Source of the DNA: Macrostomum lignano
Taxonomy: Eukaryota
Reading direction: 5' to 3'
DNA: 64,000 nt
NCBI GenBank assembly: GCA_002269645.1
Contig: NIVC01002930.1
Location: 62,001 to 126,000, forward strand
Under the pieces are notes generated by a model that did not search any database, was not told where the DNA came from, and was given only the letters and a program-made list of their open reading frames with translations. This document shows positions 12,144 through 21,338 of the stretch, in pieces (position 1 is the first letter of the stretch; every line of letters begins with the position of its first letter). The translations under genes were made by a program, and so were the position numbers.

Positions 12144-15140
12144 TTGGTGTTGTTTTTCCATGTAATTCCATGAATAAAGAAGCAAGACCATGGGTGTGCA
12201 AACTGCAGCGCGGAGTCCAGACAAAAAAGCACTTCTTGAGTAATCCTTGGGAAGTGATAGAGAGATCGAGAGAGAGATCGGAGCCAACCTACAAACTTCA
12301 AAAACTACTTCCAGTGCTTTAAAGTTCTGAGGTACCCATTTAATTGTACTGTTCAAATAGATAATTGCCTTAATGAAAAGTTGAATATTCTCATTTCTCT
12401 ACAGTCTACACCACACCACAGTCCACACACTTCAGTAATTCATATACATGGTTACTTACTTGTACAGCAGCAGTATAGCACTTGCGAGGCTTTTTTTAAA
12501 GTAGGCCTAGATATTCAAATGTTTTTTTAACTGATGTCAACCTAGGTCCTAGGGCTAGGCTAATAGAGTTGAAAAAATAAGCTATTTTTAAATGCTATCA
12601 ATATCATGACAACTTTGGATTTGCAATTGCCAATTGCTTATTTAACCTAGGTCCTACTCCTAGGCTTTTGTATTCAAGCATTTTAAATTTTTACTCAGTT
12701 GGTAATAGTAATAACTGGGCTGTCTACCAAATGTTTATATAGGCCCTATGCTATTATTTTTTTCAATTGATTTATTATATTATAAGTGGTAGTAGTCTAA
12801 TCCAATTATGATTTTTGTCTTTTATTTTTAAGCAGATTTAATCAATATATTTTAATAAGTTCTTCAATAGCAAAACAGGTAAAAGACCTATTTTTGATTA
12901 GACCTAAATAGATCATCAACTAATATGATGGTTTTAATTGCCCCTTGCCCTCACTGCACCCCCTTCCCCCTATAGTCCCAAAGATGTTCTATGCATGCCA
13001 TAAAACTTTTTGACCCTATATGCTATATGCCAAGATTATTTAGAAATCTTATGCATAGGCCCCTATTGCATGCCATATGCCAAGGCCCTTATCTATATTT
13101 AGACGCTGTATACAAGACTTAGGAGTTAAAAGCAAAAATGTGCTTGTATATTTTTCAGCACTTTGCTTAAGTAAAAGCAATAAAGCCTGTTTAAACAAAT
13201 TAAAAATGTTCTTTTCCATGGATCAGTTTACTTTTGAGTCTTATTTTGCTGCAAAGTTACAAATATATATATATATTGTATTATAGGCCCTAACTATTTT
13301 AAAACTGTTATAACAAAAGTTATTGAAAAAATAATTTAAAGATATTACCAATTAAAAATTTCCATGATCCAGCCAAATCCAAACCTCTGTTATATTTCTA
13401 AATTAATTTTGTATGTGGCTACATATTAAAAATGTTTTTTATACTTGTATATGCCACTATGGGCAAAGTCTCATTGCATACAATAATATACACAATGCAG
13501 GGGCCAAAAACCCTCATGCATGCTAGGAACTCTTAGAGAAAATAGCATCTTTGGGAGAGTGGCCCCCTTTATGCTATGGTTATGGTTGGCAATGATAGCA
13601 TTTATAATCAAGAAAATTTTTTTTTCATAGAAAATTCTAGCACAAAAAGAGGTTAGATTATGAGCTTGTATATATATGCCATGCTAATGCATTCTTGTCT
13701 AATAGCTGGGATGTCAATAGCAATAGCAAACAAGGGGGAAAATCTGGCATAGTATAGTGCAAGACAAAAACTTATAGCTAGACAATATTTTTGTAAATAG
13801 AAAATTAGCATGTAATTTCTTTTTATTAGCTCTATTTTGTTTGCCTGTATATTTGATGGCTTTTTAATTTAAATATATTAATTTTGCATTTTCTATAAAA
13901 CAGATTCAAATATAAGTTTTACTAGTTTTTTAAAATAGAAAATATTGATTCTTGTATTTGTATATTTTTTCTAGCATTCAGTACTTATTTGATAAGATTT
14001 GTTATAGCATGTTCCAATGCAGGCATTCTGTGATCCTGATTCTTTTCCTTTGCCCTAAAAAATCCCCATTTAGTCAAAAAAGAGGCTTAAATCACATGGC
14101 TAGTTTAAATCAAGAAGATTGTATTTATATGCTTAATTTTTTCAGTACAATGTATCTAATATATTATAGGGCCTAGTGATTTTCTAGTGTTATATAGTAC
14201 TGCCCCTTTGTTTGTTATATATTATAGTGCTATCACTAATTTTTAAAACCCATCCCCATTTTATATTTCTAAATTTGCATTTAATTGCAATTTTAAAAAA
14301 AATAAATTAGTATAAAAAAAGTTAAACATTGCCTATTGCCCTTTGGCTTTAGGCCTATAAATATACTTATCTATATACTAAGCCTAATTGCTTACCTTGG
14401 AACTATGGTAGATAGTGTCTAGCATAAATTAGCTTTTTGTTAGACTAGTATAGTATAGCACAACATGACCATGTGGCATAGTATAGTATAAAATAATAGT
14501 GTAGAAATATAGTATAAAGAAACATGGTGGCACATTTCAATATATTAAAAAAGGTATAGCATAGAAGCAAGATAGGAAGAGATATTGCTAGAGCTTGGCC
14601 TATGCACTCTAAACCAGAGGAGATATCATTTGGATAGCTTGTCCCTTTATCAAAATACTTCTCTACATTTGCCAAGAAGGAACCAAATAAAAAGAAACAA
14701 GATTGCTTATTAGCTTTCTAAGGTTTTTACTATATAATTACTAGACAGTTGCATATATTTCTATTGCCAGAAGTGCATGTCATTAATGATAGTAGCAAAA
14801 GTCTAACTGATTAAGCAAGTTATCTCATGTATAAGAATATAATAAGTTAAGGCCTCTACCCTATGCATGTGACAACTATAGTTATCAAAGGTTTAGCCAT
14901 AGACACTACCATGTCTTTGGACATGTTAGCAGTAAAACTTCAAAGTAAAAAAATTAAGAAAAAAGCTTTTTAGTATTTTTGCTAGACAATATGCCAATTT
15001 TGTAATTGATAGAAATGTTTAGAAGTGTTTTTATCTATATACATACTTATTGATTTAGTTGACAAATGGTTGAAGATAGAAAAAATCTAGTATGACTTAT
15101 TTATTACTATGATTTGAAGTTGTGCATTATTTATTATCAT

Positions 15141-15934
15141 CAGGGGCAGATTTAGGGAGGGAGAAAGGGGTTGGGTGGCCATCCCTCCCCCTTAAAATAG
15201 CTTGATAGAGTATATTGCACCCCCAAAACCAATTTTGCACCATTTAAACTTGATTTTTACCCTTACACACATTTTTTGCCCCTTTCAGGCATTTTTGCAC
15301 CTTTTAAGCTTGATTTTAGCTCTTTAAATGCATTTTTTGCACCTTTTCATGTATAAAAATTGTAAGATCAAAAAATTAAGCTTAAATCAAAGCTTAAAAA
15401 TTGGCACCTTTTATGTTGTTATTGATGTCCCAACATACATGCCCAACCTCAAAATTTCACCTATCCAGTGCAACTTAGTTTAGTCTAGATTTGCGACTTA
15501 GTTTCTCCCAATTGCGACTTAGTTCCTCTTGATTGTGATTTAGTTCCTCCCAATTGCGACTTAGTTTTTCCCGATTGCAACTTAGTTTTTCCTAATTGCA
15601 ACTTAGTTCCTCTCAATTGCAACATAGTTCCCCCAATTGCAACTTAATTTTCACTTTGTATATGACTTTTCTTGCCTTTTTTTTTTTCTTTTCTTTCTCT
15701 TTCTCCTTCCTCTTTCCTTTCTCTCTTTTTCCCTCCTTTCTTTTCCTTTTCTCTTCCTTTACTTTTTTTCTTCTCTGAATTTTTCATTTTTTTCATTTTT
15801 GATTTTGCAACTTACCTGGACCAAGGGCCATTTTACCCATCCAGTTTGGATGGATCAGATAGGTGTTGGACATGTACTTGTATATGTCCCAAACTTGGAC
15901 TACCCCTCAAAATGAAATTTTAGATCTGCCACTG
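15141..15934. mobile_element. hAT-type non-autonomous element
   Basis: Termini CAGGGGCAGATTT...AGATCTGCCACTG; 8-bp flanks attatcat / attatctt (7/8 match); internal ~22-bp tandem repeat (ttgcgacttagtt..) at ~15470-15650. Confidence 0.7.
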
Positions 15935-16057
15935 ATTATCTTTATCATGAATTTATTCATTATCTTTAACTTTTATTTATAAACATGAAAATTGAGCTAT
16001 GGATTGCAAAGCTATGAAAGAAATTCTGGGAATTTTTAGGATACCCCCCATATATTG

Positions 16058-16913
16058 TGATGTGTCCCTTATTACCCGACTTTCGATAATCAAGGAACAA
16101 TCACTTCTAGCTCAGCAGCTAGGCAACCCAGTAAGTCAACAGAAGGTATTCAATTACCTTGAGTCCTTTGGAGATCTCTCGGAGTAGTTCTCGATTGTCT
16201 TCAGTTGCTCTCGTATAGTCACTTCTGACTTTCGTTTGTAGAGCGGGTCCGATTCTTCTTTCTTCTTCAAATAGTTCCGGCCGGATTCTGTTGCTCGGAC
16301 CAATGGGAAGCTTCCGAATTAACAGTGGGATCCCTGCGCCAAACTGTGGTCTAAATTAAGCCTCCTTCTTCGAGCAGTGCCTCTATGCACTCTAGGTATA
16401 GCTCCGGAAACCACTGATAGTCCTCTAAGATCTATCAGGGGCAGTCCTTCTGGAGACTGCAACCAATGGAGTCTAAACAGACTCAAGAGTCTCAACAGAC
16501 TCAAATAGACTCAAGTCTCAATAGACTTGAGCGAGACGTCTCTAACACAACGGCGCAAATAAGGAAGGCTTACCGCAACAACTCGACCGAGTCTCGATGG
16601 ACTTGGTATATCAGGAAGTCCTCCTAAGGCTTCCTCTTCGGAGCGCTCCTCTTCCGTGGGGAGAATGGCTCCGGTACCGCTTCAGATCGCTTGTATTTAT
16701 AGACAAGTTTTTGATCCAAAATAGTATCATGACAATTCACGTGTTGCGCTAAAAGGGGAAAATGGCTCATGGCGTATTATTCTGGTAACATCTTTTTCTG
16801 GTAGCGTGATTCATTCAAAGCTTAGGCGCACATGCGTGTACTTACTTACTTATAGTAGTATTATACGATTATCTTCTTTTTTCCTTTTTTAACGGGAGGT
16901 AGAACACTCTACA
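16058..16913 (-). repeat. 3' LTR (856 bp)
   Basis: Matches 25764-26618 at offset 9706; by eye only 3 substitutions and one 1-nt indel. Confidence 0.97.
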
Positions 16914-16930
16914 AAATCTCCCTTTTTTAC
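16914..16930 (-). promoter_or_regulatory. Polypurine tract
   Basis: Minus strand gtAAAAAAGGGAGAttt directly precedes the TGTAG start of the 3' LTR. Confidence 0.8.
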
Positions 16931-17093
16931 GAAAAAACTCGTCCCGAGTTTTAACAATAAAATTCTGTGGTGATCAGTTAATATAGGAAATAAACAATTG
17001 ATTTTGTGCGCGTCTAGTGAAGCGAGGGTTTGGTCAAAACTCTAAAAACTTTTCAGTACATATTGCGGTCAAAACTCGAATATCGCGTAGACA

Positions 17094-17468
17094 TCAAGTG
17101 GCATCAGGTTTGATCCGACACCACTTTCGAAACGTGCAGTCTCGCGGCATACTATCACATAAGGGGCATCCTATAACGCCCCTACTAGCGGTTTGCTTCA
17201 AACAGTGCATGCAAATAAAATGTTGGTGGTTACAATATTGAAACGTGCGCCAAGAATAACAATAGGCACATTGTCGCAAACTATCTCTACAGAGGGGACA
17301 ATTCTGCCATGGCTGAATATAATGTGAATCGCTTAAACATTGTCCGCAAACTTTATGTTCGTTGATGCAAATAGTCGGTGGCTTGACAGCCAAGTCATCA
17401 GTTAAACATATCGGGCAGTCATATAGCTGCTGAGGCTGGGGCGCCTGTTTCGACAGTGCGTTGCTCAT
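17094..17468 (-). CDS. Tandem RING-finger protein (2x C3HC4-like), accessory ORF of the retroelement
   Basis: ATG at 17468, 124 aa: CPIC-x12-C-x3-H-x2-CGQC...CPLC, then CAYC...C-x3-H-x2-CMHC...CPLC. Lies inside the element between the pol stop and the PPT. Confidence 0.8.
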   Translation of the reverse strand: MSNALSKQAPQPQQLYDCPICLTDDLAVKPPTICINEHKVCGQCLSDSHYIQPWQNCPLCRDSLRQCAYCYSWRTFQYCNHQHFICMHCLKQTASRGVIGCPLCDSMPRDCTFRKWCRIKPDAT

Positions 17469-17588
17469 AATTGTTGTCAATTTGTCGCTGTCTTTGTGTC
17501 GCTCGGATTAGTCGCCTTTTACGACAAGCTTGCGAAGCTGTAGTGCTATTCTTTATCCCGGTCACTACACGGGGTTGCTCTCGAAACT

Positions 17589-20500
17589 CTAGCGTGGTCG
17601 TAGGTTGTAGCCATGTGGCTGGCTCACATCTGTCGTTTGAGTCTCCTCGTGCTTCGTCGCGATGTGGCGGTTCGTTGAACGCGTGCGATCCGCGTTGTCT
17701 AATGTCGGTAGAAACGTCGTGGTGTCAGTGTTGATCTTCTTTAGTCGATGAATGTGTACGTAGAACTGGTGCTGATGTGGATCTTGTACATTAGCCAGGC
17801 GTGCCGTTGTCGGTGACGTTAGTTGGACCACTCGATAGGGTCCTTTATACTTCTGTGCATGTTTATGCGTCTGCTGCGGCGGGTAGTGTAGGTAAACGAT
17901 GTCGCCGGCCGTCAGGGTTGTCGATCTCGCGTCGTTGCCGGTGGTCAGAGCCACCTGGTTGTCAATGTTGTGCTTGGCGATCTTCCATGCGAGGTGTAGC
18001 TGCGTGACAAATTTCTGAATGGAAGTCGGTACTTCCACGTACTGCGATGGTAGCAATTGCTGTGCGAGCAGATTCGGCGGTTGGAAGTCTCGTCCAAACA
18101 TTAGGAAGAATGGCGTATTGTCCGTTGATCGATGAATAGCGCTGTTGTAGGCCATTGTTACAGATTGCAGGTAGATGATCCAGTCTTCCGGCTGTTGGTG
18201 CGCGAAGTGTGTAATCATCTTGTGCAGGTTGCGGTGAAACCTTTCAACCATGTTTGCCTTCGGATTGTAGGTCGATGTGTAGATCTGCGTAATGTTGAGA
18301 ATCCTTACGACTTGCTGAAACAGCTGCGATGTAAACTGCGATCCGTTGTCCGATGTGAGGTTCTTCGGCGTGCCGTACTTGCAAATGATTTCGTTGAAGA
18401 AACTCATTGCCACTGTCTGAGCTGTGATGTCCGGTATCGGTATGGCGATAGCAAACTTCGAGAAGATGTCCAAGGCGGTTAGGATGTAGGTGTAGGCGAT
18501 GCCCTGGAGACAGCTCGGTGGCAGTGGTCCGGTGATGTCGATGCTTAGACAGTCCATTGTAGTCGACTTCGGAATGGACTGTAGCTGCGGTTTCTGTCGT
18601 CGTCCTGTCTTTGATGCAGCACATGAATGGCAGTTGTTGCAATACTGCTTGATGTCGCCGTACATAGTTGGCCAAAAGTAGTATTGTTCCACTCTCGCGA
18701 TGGTCTTTGCGGCCGACAGGTGTCCAGCGAGTGGGTTGTCGTGCAGCTCGTTGAGAATTGCTTGCCGAAACGAATATGGTACGTAGATCTTAGGTTTATT
18801 GTCGCTCATCCAGTAGAGCCGTGACTTATTGATTGTTAGGTGTTGTCGTTGCTTGCGTAGGAATTTTCGTTCCATGGGGCTAAGTTTGATGTTCTTGTCG
18901 TCGTCTTTAACCGCTTGGTAGAAGTTGTCGCGCTCGGTTTCATCCACCAACTCCTTGATGTTAGGGATTGGATGAATGGCGTTGACTTCATAGGCTCTTG
19001 ACAGGGCGTCCGCGGCTTTGTTGGTAATTCCTGGTTTGTAGACGAGTTTGTAGTTGTAATCCTGTATCTTGAGTGTCATCCTGATGAGTCGGTTGTTGGT
19101 CTGTCCTTTTGTAGTTACGACGTAGGTCAATGGTGCATGATCCGTGCGTACTATCGTCTGTATTGGAGAACCATAGATGTAGTAATGAAACTGTCGCAGG
19201 GCGAACAAGACTCCTAGTAGCTCTCGTTCCGTAGCTGACCACTTTGTCTCATTTGGTTTGAGTGCTCGACTGACGTAAGCAATAGGTCGTTCCTTCTTGT
19301 CCTCGGTTTCCTGTAGTTGGACTGCTCTGAGTCCCGTTCCTGAGGCGTCTGTCTCGATGATGAAGGGCTTGTCGAAGTCCGGATGCTGTAGCAGTGCGTC
19401 TGATGTCAGCTGTCGTTTGATTTCGTCGAAACTTTCCTGTTGTCTCTGTGTCCAGTTGTCTTGCTTCCATTTGTCGAACTTGAGCAGGTCGTACAGTGGC
19501 TTTGCTGTCTTTGCGAAGTTAGGTAAGAACTTCCTGAAGTATTGCGCAAGTCCAAGGAATGATTGGACCTTCGTTATACTGGTTGGCGTAGGAAACTTCT
19601 TCACCTTTTCCACGTTGTCTGGGTCCGGTGAGATTCCTTTGGCTGTCACCTGATGTCCCAGGTAACGCACGTTGTCTCGGAAGAATTTGCATTTAGTTGG
19701 TTGTAGCTTCAGACCTTGACGTTGTATAAGCGCGAGGGCCTTCTCCGTCGCTTCATAGAGTCGTTCGAAGTCTTCTCCGTGGGCCAAGATGTCGTCAACA
19801 TAGTGCAACAGGTTCGTGCATCCTGCAAGCATGTATGCTGTTAGTCGGCTCATCGTTGCTGGGCTGTTGCTGAGTCCCATCGGCGATCGATTGTACTCGT
19901 ATACTTGTCCATTGTAGGTTTTGAAAGCCGTGTACTGTCGTGACTCTTTCTCGATTTCAATTTGCCAAAATCCATGACGTAGGTCGAACACCGTGAACAA
20001 TTTTGCCGTGTTGAGCTTTGCTAGTAGTTCGGAGATCTTCGGTAGGCTTTGCTGATCCGTCGGTATGTACTTGTTCAACAGTCTGAAGTCGCATACGAGT
20101 CGTCTTTCGTTTGTCTCCTTCTTCTGTACCAGTAGGCACGGTGAGGAGTAAGCCGAAATAGCTTTGCTGATGATGCCGTGCTTTAGCATTTTATCGATGA
20201 TTTCGTCAAAGTGTTGTTGCAGATGCTTGGCGATCGGGTACGGCTTGCACTGAATTGGTTCCGTGTGCGGCAGAAGTTTGATTTCCTGTTTGATGTCCTT
20301 GGCTCGTCCGATGTCGTAATCATGATGGCAGAAGGCTTCGTTGTACTTCCACAACAGCTGTCGAACTTTCCTCTTTTGCTGTTCCGTAATCGGGCTGTCA
20401 TCCAAATTGATCTTCTTTTGAAATTCTTCCTCTGTTAGTCGTGGAGTCGCTTGTTCAATCAGCATAACCGATGCTTGGGTGTTGAGATGACCGATGCACA

Positions 20501-21338
20501 TTCCTTGTCGTAGATGAACCGTTTCTGTGTTCGGGTTGAAGATTTGTACTGGCAGTTGCTTATCCTTTGCAACCAGCACTAGTGCCGTAGGCATCATGAT
20601 TTGATGTTTTGCCGTGACTCTCCTGTGTGGATCAAATATCATTGCTTCATCTGCCGCGCTGGTCGTTTTCGCTCTGACCCAGCATGCGCTTTCAGGCTGG
20701 ATAATGACATCTTGCTGCAGAGTTACTTTCGGTAGTACTCGAATCTGGTTGATCAGCGGTTGCTCCACCGTGTCGATCCTAAACGTTTGCTTGTTGAAGT
20801 CGAAGGTCAATGGTAGTTGAAGCTGCTTGAACGTGTCGATTCCAACGATGACGTCTTGGTTTGGTAGTCTGTCGATGATGTACGTCGGGACCGTCAGCTG
20901 TTTATTAGCAATTTTCAAGTCGATATCTGCTTTTCCTAGGATGTTGAGTGAATGTCCTCCTGCTCCTGCAACTGCGATTGCTGCTGGTCGTACCGCGAGT
21001 CGTAGCTTGTTGCATAATTGTTGCGAGATGACTGTGATCGAGCTGCCTGAATCCAGTAGTGCTCGACATGGCAAGTTGTTGACAATGACCTGAGCCATTG
21101 CTTTGCCAATCTCGGCGTGTAGCGTACAGACGTAGTTTTCCGGCCATTTTGGCTCGTGCTGTTCTGCTTGATAGTTGGGTGGTTGTATCCTTGGTGCCGT
21201 TGGTGTTGTCGGAATCGATGGATATAGCCGCGTTGCTAGTGTCGGTTGCCCTTGAACCTCACAATGTGCAGTTTCTGTTAGTTCTAAACTGTTGTCGCTT
21301 CCGTTGTCGTTCTTTGCATTATGGCATTCACTGTCTTC
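17589..21338 (-). CDS. pol: Pol: aspartic protease, reverse transcriptase, RNase H, integrase with GPY/F motif
   Basis: LLDSGS (PR); PMGL..SPA and YVDD (RT); ETDAS, ERELL, TDH (RNase H); H..H...C..C and SIDITG / SDNGSQF / ERFHR (IN); KGPYRV; C-terminal YNLRPR. Frame open from 21338; first ATG 21098; uninterrupted for 3.75 kb. Confidence 0.97.
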   Translation of the reverse strand, partial: EDSECHNAKNDNGSDNSLELTETAHCEVQGQPTLATRLYPSIPTTPTAPRIQPPNYQAEQHEPKWPENYVCTLHAEIGKAMAQVIVNNLPCRALLDSGSSITVISQQLCNKLRLAVRPAAIAVAGAGGHSLNILGKADIDLKIANKQLTVPTYIIDRLPNQDVIVGIDTFKQLQLPLTFDFNKQTFRIDTVEQPLINQIRVLPKVTLQQDVIIQPESACWVRAKTTSAADEAMIFDPHRRVTAKHQIMMPTALVLVAKDKQLPVQIFNPNTETVHLRQGMCIGHLNTQASVMLIEQATPRLTEEEFQKKINLDDSPITEQQKRKVRQLLWKYNEAFCHHDYDIGRAKDIKQEIKLLPHTEPIQCKPYPIAKHLQQHFDEIIDKMLKHGIISKAISAYSSPCLLVQKKETNERRLVCDFRLLNKYIPTDQQSLPKISELLAKLNTAKLFTVFDLRHGFWQIEIEKESRQYTAFKTYNGQVYEYNRSPMGLSNSPATMSRLTAYMLAGCTNLLHYVDDILAHGEDFERLYEATEKALALIQRQGLKLQPTKCKFFRDNVRYLGHQVTAKGISPDPDNVEKVKKFPTPTSITKVQSFLGLAQYFRKFLPNFAKTAKPLYDLLKFDKWKQDNWTQRQQESFDEIKRQLTSDALLQHPDFDKPFIIETDASGTGLRAVQLQETEDKKERPIAYVSRALKPNETKWSATERELLGVLFALRQFHYYIYGSPIQTIVRTDHAPLTYVVTTKGQTNNRLIRMTLKIQDYNYKLVYKPGITNKAADALSRAYEVNAIHPIPNIKELVDETERDNFYQAVKDDDKNIKLSPMERKFLRKQRQHLTINKSRLYWMSDNKPKIYVPYSFRQAILNELHDNPLAGHLSAAKTIARVEQYYFWPTMYGDIKQYCNNCHSCAASKTGRRQKPQLQSIPKSTTMDCLSIDITGPLPPSCLQGIAYTYILTALDIFSKFAIAIPIPDITAQTVAMSFFNEIICKYGTPKNLTSDNGSQFTSQLFQQVVRILNITQIYTSTYNPKANMVERFHRNLHKMITHFAHQQPEDWIIYLQSVTMAYNSAIHRSTDNTPFFLMFGRDFQPPNLLAQQLLPSQYVEVPTSIQKFVTQLHLAWKIAKHNIDNQVALTTGNDARSTTLTAGDIVYLHYPPQQTHKHAQKYKGPYRVVQLTSPTTARLANVQDPHQHQFYVHIHRLKKINTDTTTFLPTLDNADRTRSTNRHIATKHEETQTTDVSQPHGYNLRPR

